Below, in pieces: positions 27,083 to 37,405 of a stretch of 64,000 nt of DNA. The stretch comes from an uncultured Syntrophomonas sp. (lineage in GTDB: Bacteria > Bacillota > Syntrophomonadia > Syntrophomonadales > Syntrophomonadaceae), in assembly GCA_964635975.1 (NCBI GenBank), contig CAZWPO010000017.1:970-64969 (forward strand), in the 5' to 3' direction. The notes under the pieces were generated by a model that saw only the letters and a program-made list of their open reading frames with translations, ran no database searches and was not told the DNA's origin. The position numbers and the translations under genes are program-made. The stretch's first letter is position 1. The number at the start of each line of letters is the position of its first letter.

Positions 27083-28243
27083 ATGACTGACCAGAGCAAA
27101 GCAAAAAACGAACATCTTTCCCCGGGAAATAAATTTGACATTCCGGAATGGTCAGGCGCCTTTGGTGACCTGGGTACTCTCATCCCGTTCGTCATCGGTT
27201 ATATATCTGTAGTTAACTTGGACCCTCTCGGAATTTTATCAATGTTTGGACTAATGCTCATTGCTTCTGGCATAGTATACAAAACGCCTATGCCCATTCA
27301 GCCCATGAAAGCCATTGGCGCAGCAGCGATATCTCAAGGTATGCTCGTCAGCCAGAATCTGGTCTGGGGAGCCGGGCTCTTTACCGGTTTTTTCTGGCTG
27401 CTGGCCGGCCTTACAGGGATCCTCGATTTTATATCCAGAATCACTTCCCGCCCGGTTGTTCAGGGAATCGTTTTGGGATTAGGACTTTCATTTATGATAC
27501 AGGGCATTAAGATGATGCAACGGGATTTCATTATTGCAGCTTCCGCTTTACTAATTACCCTGCTTCTGCTTTCCAGCCGCAGACTACCAGCCATGCTGGT
27601 GCTACTCTTTTTCGGGCTCGCTGCTGCAGTATGGAGAAATCCACATTTACTTAATAACCTTTCCCTTATTCATCCGGAATTCCGAATGCCTGCGTTTGCG
27701 CTGGGAAAGATGACCTGGTCCGACTTCTGGCAGGGCGCTGTCATTCTGGGCCTGGCTCAGATACCACTGACCCTGGGAAACGCAGTTATCGCGACCGCTT
27801 CCGAGAACAATCGACGCTTTCCTGCTTATCCGGTAAGCGAAAGAAAGGTTGCCGTCTTTCAGGGCATCATAAACCTCATAGCCCCAGTATGGGGAGGTAT
27901 CCCCATGTGTCACGGAGCTGGAGGGATGGCGGCGCATGCACGTTTTGGAGCCAGGACTGGAGGATCGGTGATAATCCTGGGAACCCTCCTGCTGGTGGCG
28001 GCATTGTTCTTCAGCGATTCAGTATTGCTTTTCTTTACCCTGATCCCTACCAGCGTCCTTGGGGTGTTGATTTTCTTTGCTGGTCTTGATTTAGCGGTGT
28101 CTGTGCGCAATGCAGGAGATGTTAGAGACAATAATTATCTATTGATGCTTACCGCCGGTTTTGCGTTCTTCAATGCAGCTTTGGGATTCGCCGCCGGCCT
28201 GTTTATACAGGAGCTATTGAAGCGAAACATCATAAAGCTGTAG
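27083..28243 (+). CDS. MOT1/sulfate-permease-like anion (molybdate-type) transporter
   Basis: EWSGAFGDLGTLIPF motif and about 10 hydrophobic segments. ATG at 27083 follows GAAAGGAAG. The track ORF starts at 26984. Confidence 0.6.
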   Translation: MTDQSKAKNEHLSPGNKFDIPEWSGAFGDLGTLIPFVIGYISVVNLDPLGILSMFGLMLIASGIVYKTPMPIQPMKAIGAAAISQGMLVSQNLVWGAGLFTGFFWLLAGLTGILDFISRITSRPVVQGIVLGLGLSFMIQGIKMMQRDFIIAASALLITLLLLSSRRLPAMLVLLFFGLAAAVWRNPHLLNNLSLIHPEFRMPAFALGKMTWSDFWQGAVILGLAQIPLTLGNAVIATASENNRRFPAYPVSERKVAVFQGIINLIAPVWGGIPMCHGAGGMAAHARFGARTGGSVIILGTLLLVAALFFSDSVLLFFTLIPTSVLGVLIFFAGLDLAVSVRNAGDVRDNNYLLMLTAGFAFFNAALGFAAGLFIQELLKRNIIKL

Positions 28244-28763
28244 ATCCTTCATAATCAATCAGATCCTTCAATTCCCTGTATATGCCAGTTATCTGTTTCA
28301 ATCCCATCCTGACCAGCCCGCTGCTCGAGGGAGCGACAAAATCTCTGATGCCAGGAATAATCTCATTTGCTTGGAGACCCCATTCGATATTACGCCGGCC
28401 TGAATAAGCCTGAAAAACCCCTTTGCCTACAAAGCATGCTATTGCTGGTCTGTATAAACTTAACTTTATTATCAATTCACTTCTGCCCCTGGCGTATTCT
28501 TCCCGACTTACTTCATCTGCAGATCTGGTCGGGCGTGAAACGATATTTGTCAGTCCAAAACCCAGTTCCAACAGCAAACGGTCTTCCTGCGGACTGTATA
28601 TTCGATCACTCAACCCGGACTCAAAGAGAATTTTCCAGAAGCGATTATTGGGATTTGCGAAATGATGGCCAGTCTCACCGGATCGCAAACTGGGATTGAA
28701 TCCGATGAAAACAATCCTTAGACCCGGTTCGAGGTAATCTGGGACGAATTCCTTATGGCTCAT
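28230..28763 (-). CDS. mug: G:T/U mismatch-specific uracil-DNA glycosylase (Mug/TDG family)
   Basis: LRIVFIGFNPSLRS...GHHFANPNNRFW...APSSSG. The 3' end overlaps the convergent transporter gene by 14 nt. Confidence 0.8.
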   Translation of the reverse strand: MSHKEFVPDYLEPGLRIVFIGFNPSLRSGETGHHFANPNNRFWKILFESGLSDRIYSPQEDRLLLELGFGLTNIVSRPTRSADEVSREEYARGRSELIIKLSLYRPAIACFVGKGVFQAYSGRRNIEWGLQANEIIPGIRDFVAPSSSGLVRMGLKQITGIYRELKDLIDYEGSTAL

Positions 28764-28847
28764 CGCTAGCCAAACCTCCCATCTAAAATACAGGGCTTTA
28801 CCCACTTACGGGCAAGCCCCTACATTTATCCATTTACTATTTTCGCT

Positions 28848-30518
28848 TTAACTTTCCGCACTTATGCTTACCTGGTTGGTATTAGGGTTCCATTGCACAT
28901 CCAGGCCTATGTTTTCTGAAATAAAACGGACTGGAAGCATGGTGCGTTCGTTGATTATTTGCGGAGCCACGTTGCTCGTTTTATCTTCCCCATTTACCCG
29001 AGTATTGAGGCTGTCTATCCACAGCTCTATTATTTTGCCACTGCAGCTTATGGTAACCTTTCGCGCGGAATCATCCCATGCGACACTCCCTCCGTAGGCT
29101 TCAATAATCGCCCTGATAGGCAGTAGAGTTCGCCCTTCGACAATAACAGGAACGGTGCCTTTTCCGGGATCAATTTCCCGGACCTCACCATTTATTTTCA
29201 TAACAGGGCTACCGATTTCCAAAACAGTATTAAATTTCGGAAGGTTTTTGCTTATATTGCTGTTAATTATGATATTGCTAATGTCGACCGCTTTGGTGGC
29301 GGCACTGGCATCGGGGATGCTTTTGGACCAGGTCTGGCTTTCCGAATTGAAAGCCCTAATTGAATAAGCATAGGTAGTATTGCCCTTTAATCCCTGATCT
29401 AAATAAGTAGTTGTATTTGCGGGCACATCTATGAAAACAAATGTATTATCACTTTTACGCGTTATTTTAAAGAGATTTTCATATGCAGACCTGTCGTCCC
29501 AGCTCAGTTTAATCTCGCTGGTGGAGACTGCTTCAGCCTTAAAGTTCTCGGGCGCTCCGGGCGGGGAATACCAGTAGGCTACCTCTGAATATGGAGAAAA
29601 CCCATGGTCATTCACCGCATATACGCGGTACATATACAATAGGTCGGCCTCAACATTATCGACAAACTCGGTGCTGTTCATGCCTGCATCGTAGCGGTAG
29701 ATGGGACCCTGGTTGCTATGGGCTTTTTCCACGATAAACTTGTTTTCATTATCGCTGGTATCCTTCCATGATACGCTGAGTTTCGGCGTACCAGGAAAAT
29801 TTGAAACCATAACATCACTGGGAGCGGACAGGTAGTCGATAGTAATAGAATTAGAGGGACTGGAAGAGCCGTTGCTGCCGCTTGCGGTCACCAAATATGT
29901 ATAGGAGAAGCCAGCTTCTACCTCGGTATCGATATAACTGCTGGCTTTTGCCGGGAGATTTATCTGCTCTATAATAGTTTTTCCGGACTTAATAGTCTTT
30001 TTTTGAAGCTTGTAGTTAGCATAGGTATTATTACCTTCCCAGTATAAATTCACCCTGAAATCTGTTTTATCCAAGTTCCCGGTCAGATCACCTGGCTGAT
30101 TCGGAGTGGTAATCCACTCCACTTCATTGGAATACGCCGACTTCCCTGAACTACTATATGCAAAAACCCTGTACCGGCAGTATTGATCATTGCTGACATC
30201 GTAGTCAGTATATGTATCAATGTTTGAATCCACCGTAGTCATTGGGTAAAAAGGCCCATTATTTATACTCCGCTCCAGGGTAAAACCAGTCTCGTTATTG
30301 GAGTTGTCTTCCCATTCAAGGCACACCGGAAGGACTCCTGGAAAATTGGAAACCATAAGCTCGCTTGGGGCCAGAACTATAAAATTTTGAATTACAGCAT
30401 CCTCAATTCCTGGCCTTATTAAGGTCTGATCACCGAGTAACGCAGCCGTGACTGGTGTCCAACCTGCCATCATTATAATTGCAGTAAAACAAATGCTCAG
30501 TACCTGTTTGGATTTCAT
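28848..30518 (-). CDS. Secreted multi-FN3-repeat protein with a C-terminal copper-amine-oxidase-N-type domain
   Basis: Signal peptide; repeated W.D.S.NE.GF..ER / Y.YRV.A modules typical of FN3; C-terminal GRTLLPIRAIIEAYGGSVAWDDSARKV. Confidence 0.7.
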   Translation of the reverse strand: MKSKQVLSICFTAIIMMAGWTPVTAALLGDQTLIRPGIEDAVIQNFIVLAPSELMVSNFPGVLPVCLEWEDNSNNETGFTLERSINNGPFYPMTTVDSNIDTYTDYDVSNDQYCRYRVFAYSSSGKSAYSNEVEWITTPNQPGDLTGNLDKTDFRVNLYWEGNNTYANYKLQKKTIKSGKTIIEQINLPAKASSYIDTEVEAGFSYTYLVTASGSNGSSSPSNSITIDYLSAPSDVMVSNFPGTPKLSVSWKDTSDNENKFIVEKAHSNQGPIYRYDAGMNSTEFVDNVEADLLYMYRVYAVNDHGFSPYSEVAYWYSPPGAPENFKAEAVSTSEIKLSWDDRSAYENLFKITRKSDNTFVFIDVPANTTTYLDQGLKGNTTYAYSIRAFNSESQTWSKSIPDASAATKAVDISNIIINSNISKNLPKFNTVLEIGSPVMKINGEVREIDPGKGTVPVIVEGRTLLPIRAIIEAYGGSVAWDDSARKVTISCSGKIIELWIDSLNTRVNGEDKTSNVAPQIINERTMLPVRFISENIGLDVQWNPNTNQVSISAES

Positions 30519-30719
30519 CCCTGTCTAGTCCCCTTTCTTGCTGAATATCCTTTTTTGTCATGGTATCCGAACCATGCTGCAAATAGCTTGAGCATTATCC
30601 TGGAAAGTTCTCCAACCAGTCCCCAAATCCTTTAATCTGGCAAATTTTTTATTATCAAATTATTATTTTGATCTCAGGGCAAATAGTTGCTTGAGTTAAA
30701 GTCGCTTTTATGCATCCAG

Positions 30720-32192
30720 TTAGAGCGAGAAATTTAGCAAACCGGGTTGGCCACCATTGGCTACCGGGAAAACGATACAGCGTCCTGCTGCGGCAGGAGG
30801 CCCACAGCTCCGCCCTGGAACCTGATACTCCCATACTTTTTCCCCATTATGCCGCTTGCAAGCATAGACTTTTCCGTTTCGCGTAGCTGTAAACACCAGG
30901 TCATTGATAACTGTAGCCGCTCCAGTAATCTCGCTGTCGAATGTTTCAGCCCATAATATTTTGCCCAGATTGGAATCCACAGCCAGCAACCTGCTTCCCC
31001 CTTTATCGTTTCTGGAAGCATCAATCACCTCTTCATCATCTTGATTACCTGAGCTTGAATTCACCACCGGTACATAAAGAATCCCCTCCTGATAAGCCAT
31101 GGGCGTCCTAATTCCAACCCCGGTGCCTATCTTCTTTTGTGTTCGTAGACCTTCATCTGAGTAATCGCCAGGTGATGCCTCCCAGAGGGCTTGTCCATTT
31201 ATTAAATCAAAAGCATATATATTTCCCATTCTTCCTGCTGCCAGGACCTGATTTCGCTGAACCGTTTCTGTCTCTGCAGGAGCCAGAAGCACAGGTATGC
31301 TGAAATCTAGACCAGGAACATTAGGATTAGGCAGCCGCTGGTGCCAGAGTAGGTTTCCCGTGTCGTGTTTCAGAGCAGTTAAGGTAGTAAATGTTCCAAA
31401 TCCCGATTCCCTGGAGCCGTCCTGTACGGCAGGAGACAGACTGCTGGCAAGCCAAAATAAAGCAGCAGATCCGGTATCAAAAACGAATGGATGCGCTGCG
31501 CCCCCCCTGAATTCTCCTGCCGCACTTCCCCATAACTGTTCAATCACGTTAGTATTTAACGACCACTTCGGCTCACCGGTTCTATAATCAAGGGCGTATA
31601 AGACTTCATGCACTCCTTTCGCCCCTGGATCGGAATCCTCTTCTGCGATCGTGGAGATATATATCAAGCCCCCATATTCTAGCATCTGGCCATTTACTCT
31701 GCCGCTCTCAGTTGTCTTACTCCACAGTTCATTTCCCATCATATCCAGAGCCGCGACTTGGTGATAACCCCTGCTGATAAAGATCCTTTTCCTCACCAGC
31801 AGCGGCCCAATCGCAAGATCCCTCTCCAGGTTGTATTTCCGTTCCCATTTAAGGGTGCCACTCTCCAGGTCCAAAGCGGATAAGTTACTCGCTGAATCCT
31901 GCCAGTATACAGTATCTGCTTGAATAACAGGGCTTCCAATCAGCTTTCCCTGTCCTTCTGTGGGATAAGACCAGGTCGGACGAAGCTTGTTTACATTCCC
32001 GGCATTAATCAAGGAGGATCTGCTTGTTCTGGTGTTTCCATAATCATGATTGGGCAGTGGCCATTCATGATCATATCGGTTCATCTCTGGATCCAGGGGC
32101 GGAACCGGCCAATACCAATACCAGCACCAGATCAACCCCAAACATAATACCAGCAGGGCTATACCCACGCCGAACTTTGAATACTTACCCAT
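30720..32192 (-). CDS. PQQ-like (BamB-type) beta-propeller repeat protein, membrane-anchored
   Basis: 490 aa with an N-terminal TM segment and repeated G.(L/I).W propeller blades (SGTLKWE, GNELWS, GEPKWS, GNLLWH, GQALWE, GKILWA, GEKVWE). Confidence 0.7.
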   Translation of the reverse strand: MGKYSKFGVGIALLVLCLGLIWCWYWYWPVPPLDPEMNRYDHEWPLPNHDYGNTRTSRSSLINAGNVNKLRPTWSYPTEGQGKLIGSPVIQADTVYWQDSASNLSALDLESGTLKWERKYNLERDLAIGPLLVRKRIFISRGYHQVAALDMMGNELWSKTTESGRVNGQMLEYGGLIYISTIAEEDSDPGAKGVHEVLYALDYRTGEPKWSLNTNVIEQLWGSAAGEFRGGAAHPFVFDTGSAALFWLASSLSPAVQDGSRESGFGTFTTLTALKHDTGNLLWHQRLPNPNVPGLDFSIPVLLAPAETETVQRNQVLAAGRMGNIYAFDLINGQALWEASPGDYSDEGLRTQKKIGTGVGIRTPMAYQEGILYVPVVNSSSGNQDDEEVIDASRNDKGGSRLLAVDSNLGKILWAETFDSEITGAATVINDLVFTATRNGKVYACKRHNGEKVWEYQVPGRSCGPPAAAGRCIVFPVANGGQPGLLNFSL

Positions 32193-32458
32193 TACAGCCT
32201 CCCCATATAAAGCGAGCTCTGATCTTTGTTATCCATGTAATACCTTCCATACAAGTTTAACTGAAGGGGGACTATATTTTAAATGCCTGATCCCTTAAAT
32301 AAATGTTCAATAATCATTTTTTCTCAGCCAGCGCCCCGGCTGGTTGACTGGATCCTAGAACAGACATCATTTCAATACGAATGTTCTAATATTTACATTG
32401 CTTTGGGTAAGAATATTAAAGCAGTAATGAATATTTGATTCGAAGAGGGGGTGACGAA

Positions 32459-32626
32459 TTGTCCAGGGTAATAAGATGCATGTGCGAAGAATGCTTCCAT
32501 AATGACAATTTTGAGTGCCGGGCAGAAGAGATCGAAGTTCGTTCCAGTGTCGATAGCAAGAAAGTGAGATCATCGCAGGAAACCTGTTGCAACACCTTTA
32601 AAGACGGACCTAAAGCTAATATATAG
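32459..32626 (+). CDS. DUF1540 Cys-rich small protein (sporulation-associated family)
   Basis: MSRVIRCMCEECFHNDNFECRAEEIEV...ETCCNTF. TTG at 32459 is 7 nt after AGAGGGGG. Confidence 0.6.
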   Translation: MSRVIRCMCEECFHNDNFECRAEEIEVRSSVDSKKVRSSQETCCNTFKDGPKANI

Positions 32627-32677
32627 TCCGTAAAATAAAAAAAGCAATGCTCTCAAGCATTGCTTTTTTGTCTACTT

Positions 32678-34099
32678 CTACTCTTCCACTGCCGCCTTCT
32701 GCAATGGGTAATCCTCTTCCTGCTGAGGTGCATAAGCTCTGGGTACGGCATTTTTGCTCCTTGTACTGCGTCCTCCACCCGTATGAACCTGAAGCTGTGG
32801 AGGATTGCTCTCAGTGCTGGTAGCCATTTCCAATTTAGCGCCAACAGTCTCAATAGTGTTTATCGATATACCGCGGAAATGGCTGGTATGCGCCCACTCT
32901 GTCTGGTTGCCATGTTTGAACAGTCCGACAAGCGTAACCGGGAACCAGGTTATACCGTATATGGGATAGGTTATGTAGTATAAATACGCTTTTGCCGGTG
33001 CCCCCTCCAGCAACAGTCCCAGCATTGGATAACAATACCCTAGTATACCGAATGTTATCCAGAACCATGTGGGCATCAGATCCGTGATAGGCGATGCAAA
33101 AATGGGCTGTGGAAAAAAGGCCGCTGTTAATCCTAAAACACAGTTGATTAGCATAGTCATTATTAATATAGGCTGGAACAGATAAATAGCACCATCAATA
33201 GGATACCATTTTTTCTCTCTAAAACCCTTCTTTAGCAAAGGAATCATGTACCTGAATGCAACATCCCAGTGGCCGGATAGCCAGCGGGTGCGCTGCTTCC
33301 AAGTTTGTGAGAAATGCACCGGCTTTTCGTCATAGACTTTGGCTTCGTGAGCCCAGGAAGTCTTTATACCGTTAAGTAAAAGCTTCATAGTGAATTCGAG
33401 ATCTTCGGTCAGGCAGGTAGCTCCCCAACCGTATTCTTTTAAGACATTATACTCCAAACACACGCCGGTTCCACCCAGGGCATTGGAAAGGCCTTTGTTA
33501 TAACGGGCCAGCTGCCACATACGGTTCATGGACCAGTAAGCGGTAGCATAGCAAGCAGTAACCCACGAGTCATTAGGATTCTTTGTATCCAGGTAACCTT
33601 GGATCGAGCGGTATCCCTGTTTCAGTTTGGAATTCATCTCCAAAAGGAAGTTCGATGATACTACGTTGTCGGCATCGAAAAGGCATATGGCATCATATTT
33701 TACCTTGTCTTCCATCTTGAATAATTCAGCAAACATCCACTCCAGGGCAAAACCTTTTCCCCTCTGTTCGGAAAAGCGCTCGAATACATTAACCCCTTCC
33801 TGTCGGCAAACATCCGCAGTCTTGTCCGTGCAATTATCGGCAATAACATAAATATCGAATAAGTCTTTAGGATAATTGAGCTTCTTGAGGCTTTCAAGGT
33901 GATAGCGGATCACAGCCTCTTCGTTGTGTGCAGCAGTGATGAGGGCAAATCGCTTTACAGGTACAAAATCTTTTTCTTCTTCCTTCTTACGCCAACCATA
34001 AACCGATACATAATAATAATAAAGTAGTAGCGCTGTGATTAATACTTCTGAAAAGGCAACTATAGCCGTCAGAGTATAAAACAACCAACCATTAAACAA
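32678..34099 (-). CDS. Processive family-2 glycosyltransferase (PgaC/IcaA/cellulose-synthase-like polysaccharide synthase)
   Basis: N-terminal TM segments, ITAAHNEE, LFDADN, LTEDLEFT and QRTRW (QxxRW processivity motif), with C-terminal TM segments. TTG start after GAGGAAGGGG. Confidence 0.8.
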   Translation of the reverse strand: MFNGWLFYTLTAIVAFSEVLITALLLYYYYVSVYGWRKKEEEKDFVPVKRFALITAAHNEEAVIRYHLESLKKLNYPKDLFDIYVIADNCTDKTADVCRQEGVNVFERFSEQRGKGFALEWMFAELFKMEDKVKYDAICLFDADNVVSSNFLLEMNSKLKQGYRSIQGYLDTKNPNDSWVTACYATAYWSMNRMWQLARYNKGLSNALGGTGVCLEYNVLKEYGWGATCLTEDLEFTMKLLLNGIKTSWAHEAKVYDEKPVHFSQTWKQRTRWLSGHWDVAFRYMIPLLKKGFREKKWYPIDGAIYLFQPILIMTMLINCVLGLTAAFFPQPIFASPITDLMPTWFWITFGILGYCYPMLGLLLEGAPAKAYLYYITYPIYGITWFPVTLVGLFKHGNQTEWAHTSHFRGISINTIETVGAKLEMATSTESNPPQLQVHTGGGRSTRSKNAVPRAYAPQQEEDYPLQKAAVEE

Positions 34100-34108
34100 G
34101 GCAAAAGA

Positions 34109-34167
34109 CCCCTTCCTCTTTTATTGCGGTTTGTCCCCAAACAGTTAATATATTGGGACACAAGGGG
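34109..34167 (-). promoter_or_regulatory. Leader structure able to sequester the GT2 ribosome-binding site
   Basis: The reverse-strand RNA reads AACCCCUUGUGUCCCAAUAUAUUAACUGUUUGGGGACAAACCGCAAUAAAAGAGGAAGGGGUC. CCCCUU (+ strand coordinates 34162-34167) can pair with the AAGGGG of the SD (34109-34114). An inner GUCCCA/UGGGGAC hairpin lies between them. Confidence 0.35.
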
Positions 34168-34618
34168 TTTGACTACCTTTTCAAGAGTAACAGAAATTCT
34201 TAATTGATACAATATGTTTCTCATAAATGAAGGTAGCATTCCCTGAAATAAGCCAATTTAGGGAACAAATGCTGAGATAAATTTGCCTATAAAATAACTT
34301 TACCCATTTTACTGTTTTATTCAAAATAAACCAATAGAGTTATTCTATATGATGATGGTCAAGTCCTTCCAATCTCATTTTAAAATATTTGGAGAAAGGA
34401 AATCAGTAAAGAATAAACCATCTTTCGCGCTGAAAATATTGAACGCGGAATATATAATTTTATCAAAGATCCAAACCAGAAATGGCAACCTTGGATTTAT
34501 CTTGCCCTGATTATAGGGGCAAATACTTCTAAATTATGTATTTTGCTTCAGTTACAACCTTGAATAGATTACATCCTTCTATTGCGAATAGCAATACGTT
34601 TGTAAAAATTTTTGTCTT

Positions 34619-34795
34619 TTAATAACAAGTAGTTACATATATTCCTTGTTTTAATCTGTTTAACAGTTCGCCCCAATAGCCAATATCTCGGTTCTCCGCC
34701 ATTCCCCTGCTTATCTCTTCTTCAACCAGCCACAGCAAATGAGCCAGATCTTCCTCACATGCTTTTATGGTCAAGATTCCCATTGTATTATACAT
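34619..34795 (-). CDS. Unannotated 58-aa ORF, hypothetical, below the track length cut-off
   Basis: ATG at 34795 is 7 nt after GAGGGGG: MYNTMGILTIKACEEDLAHLLWLVEEEISRGMAENRDIGYWGELLNRLKQGIYVTTCY, then TAA. I did not recognise a family. Confidence 0.4.
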   Translation of the reverse strand: MYNTMGILTIKACEEDLAHLLWLVEEEISRGMAENRDIGYWGELLNRLKQGIYVTTCY

Positions 34796-35136
34796 ATCCC
34801 TACCCCCTCACCATGCAATCTAATCATCGCATATTCCAACCAGTCACGATTTTGCTGCTTAACAAATAGTTATGCGCTGGCAATCAAAGGTTTTTCACAA
34901 CTTTTTTCTGCTCCCGATTTTTACCCGTACATATCTGAGTTTTTCTCAAAAAACCAATCACTTAAAGGATATGGCCAAGACCGCAAATAAATGATATCTT
35001 GTGTATTTGTTCAAAAGTCAAGCTGCTGGCCTCACCCCGAGAGTGCTTCTGCGGATGAATGCTTCAGCAGAACTCCATCAAGAAAACTCCCTTCCTCAGG
35101 AATCTGTGCCCTATTATCTATAAATGAGGAGGATTA

Positions 35137-35155
35137 TGGTATAATTGGGTATAAT
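35137..35155 (+). promoter_or_regulatory. Two overlapping candidate -10 boxes (TGgTATAAT and gggTATAAT) upstream of the PilZ gene
   Basis: tGGTATAATtgGGTATAAT read directly, 75-95 nt upstream of the ATG at 35231. Confidence 0.35.
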
Positions 35156-35230
35156 AACTCAGATTAGAAAGCCTTATTCTTTTTTAATACGATTCCCCTC
35201 AGCAAAACCCGTCAAACAAGGAGGAATAAT

Positions 35231-35968
35231 ATGGGCTCTCAAGCACATTTACGCATTATATGTAGTTTTATCCTTATTATATGTATTTTTATTTTCTATC
35301 CTGCATCAATCGCACAGGCCGATGTAGTTGATTGGAGTTCCTTTACCAGAACCTTGAACGACACATTTAGCGGCAACAATCCTCACAGTGGCAATAACAT
35401 CATCGTTCTGGTTTTTGCGATATTAACCTTCGTTTTTCTTGCAATTATATTACGCTTATACTTTGCGAGGCAGAAGCAAGAACTCAAGCAATACGAAATT
35501 AATAGGGAAAGAAAACTCAGCCATACTGACCCTGCCGAAGGCAAACAGCAGCGTAGATGGTTTAGGATCAAACATCGCCAAAACCTCAGATGGGTGCCAA
35601 GCATCAAAGCTTCGCAAACTAAAGAATCCCAAAGAGAAAAAGCTGAACTGCTGGATATAAGTGGCGGCGGTCTGCGCTTTCAGACTACCAGTATGCTCAG
35701 CGTGGGTGATGAGATCACCTTTTTCCTCGACATTGGGGAGAAAAAACCCTTATCAGTTAGAGGCAGTGTACTGCGGATCGAAGAACAGGCAACTCTAGAA
35801 CAACCGGCTTATCAGGTGGCTATTCAGTTCGCGGATTTGCGGCCCGGAGAGCGTGACCGCCTGGTTTCCTGGATAACCAGAGGACAGCGCGACATAATGC
35901 ATGAAGATAAAATTGGTGCTTCCCTATCCACATCTGAGGGTTTGGAAGAGGAGATTATCTCTGGTTGA
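35231..35968 (+). CDS. Membrane-anchored PilZ-domain c-di-GMP receptor
   Basis: Signal/TM segment, a second TM, then RRWFR (RxxxR) and DISGGGLRF (DxSxxG), both intact. GGAGG RBS. Confidence 0.8.
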   Translation: MGSQAHLRIICSFILIICIFIFYPASIAQADVVDWSSFTRTLNDTFSGNNPHSGNNIIVLVFAILTFVFLAIILRLYFARQKQELKQYEINRERKLSHTDPAEGKQQRRWFRIKHRQNLRWVPSIKASQTKESQREKAELLDISGGGLRFQTTSMLSVGDEITFFLDIGEKKPLSVRGSVLRIEEQATLEQPAYQVAIQFADLRPGERDRLVSWITRGQRDIMHEDKIGASLSTSEGLEEEIISG

Positions 35969-36147
35969 TCCTGTCAGAAATCGTCTTTTAACCGGAAAAA
36001 TCTCTGGCCTAAAATCCGCTTCAAGATTGATTCCAATAAGTAAAGCGAAAAATAACTCATCATCAGTCAGAATTTAGAAAGGAATTAGGCGAAATTCTGT
36101 CGAAATGATTCTTTTTAGAATATTTGCTTTTGGAGGAAGGATTCGGT

Positions 36148-37365
36148 TTGCAGTATCAGGGAATTCTACTGGCTGTTAATCTTGCCATTATAATTGTTGC
36201 CTACCTGGCACTTCGTGGTAAGCCAGATAAGTTTAAGTTAATCTTAGTAACTACTTTATTCGCCTATTTTCTTGCCGGTATTCTTCCTTACTTGTTAGCA
36301 TGGATTTCATCTAAGTGGATTATACTTTTCTATGCTATTGCGATTGCAGTAGCATTAATTGTGATCGATTTTATAATCACAGATAATGTCATAGAAGAGC
36401 TCGAAAATGATAAAATTGATATAATTGCTGCTGAGTCAAGCAGTTTGACGGCTACAGCTGGAGGGGGGAAATCTTCTGCTCCCATCAGCGAGCCCTTGGT
36501 TATGGCAGAGTCAAGTAAGCTGGCCACGCGCATTGGAAGCCGGCATGTTACTGCAGAAGCGTCCAGTCATGGCAGTGCTGGCGAATACATAAAAGTAAAA
36601 ACCAGTACTGATGTAATAAAAAATACTAATACTGAAAAAATAGTTGAGAATGAAACTCCGGCAAGTATGGATAAAGAAGCGCAAAAATATCCAGAGCCTG
36701 TTATTAATGAAATTTATAACCGAAATCTAGTTCATGAGATTTCTGATATAGTCGAAGTCCCTGCGGCTGCGAATAATATTGAAGAACAGCCCCCAGCCCA
36801 AAGGGATTTTATCCTTGAACCATCAGAACCATCAATAGATACTTTGCCGGCAGAGCTAGAATCAGTAGCACAGGCGCTGGAATTACATCCGGCGGGATCG
36901 GATTCTGAGACATTAACAGCAGAGCCGATGCTGGCCTCAGGACCTGAGATAATAGCTATTGAAACGACCGAATCCAGTCCGGAACCGGAAACAGAAGCGG
37001 CAGAATTACTCACGGACGAACCTGATTTATATATGGAAACTGCTGAAGCACTGCCCGTCATCGAAGAACCGGAAGCAGTCGATATTGAAATAATCGATGA
37101 TACCTTTGATGAATCGCTGCAAGCGCTCCATCAAGAGATGATCCATGCAGGCCAGGATGACCTGGATGTAGGTATAATAGACGAAGAGTCTTTAGCGCGT
37201 TTAGACATAGACGATTTGATAGACATCGCTTTTCAGTCTAAATTCAGGGATGATTATCGCTCTGCCATAAGAGTCTTTGAGCTGGTATTAGAACGCAATC
37301 CTGCGCCCAGAATTGCTTCTTTGATAATTGATGACCTTGAGATAATGCAGAGTAAAATAGCATAA
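36148..37365 (+). CDS. Membrane protein with three N-terminal TM segments and a long acidic low-complexity region
   Basis: TTG at 36148 follows GGAGGAAGG. The Glu/Asp/Pro/Ala-rich middle includes PEPETEAAELLTDEPDLYMETAEALPVIEEPEAVDIEIIDD. The C-terminal tail is helical. Confidence 0.6.
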   Translation: MQYQGILLAVNLAIIIVAYLALRGKPDKFKLILVTTLFAYFLAGILPYLLAWISSKWIILFYAIAIAVALIVIDFIITDNVIEELENDKIDIIAAESSSLTATAGGGKSSAPISEPLVMAESSKLATRIGSRHVTAEASSHGSAGEYIKVKTSTDVIKNTNTEKIVENETPASMDKEAQKYPEPVINEIYNRNLVHEISDIVEVPAAANNIEEQPPAQRDFILEPSEPSIDTLPAELESVAQALELHPAGSDSETLTAEPMLASGPEIIAIETTESSPEPETEAAELLTDEPDLYMETAEALPVIEEPEAVDIEIIDDTFDESLQALHQEMIHAGQDDLDVGIIDEESLARLDIDDLIDIAFQSKFRDDYRSAIRVFELVLERNPAPRIASLIIDDLEIMQSKIA

Positions 37366-37405
37366 ATAAGTTCGGCATAAAAAAACGTAGGAGGTTGTGT
37401 TTGTG

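Noticed and set aside
28230-28243. 14-nt overlap of the convergent mug and transporter genes as a possible regulatory antisense arrangement
   Set aside because: Short 3'-3' overlaps are common in compact genomes, and nothing else supports a special role.
34100-35230. c-di-GMP riboswitch (GEMM-I or class II) in the 1.1-kb GT2/PilZ spacer
   Set aside because: I read both strands and found hairpins but none of the conserved GEMM core sequences I can recall. Without a covariance-model scan this stays unsupported. The + strand ORFs at 34739-34990 and 35145-35327 lack an RBS and any recognisable features.
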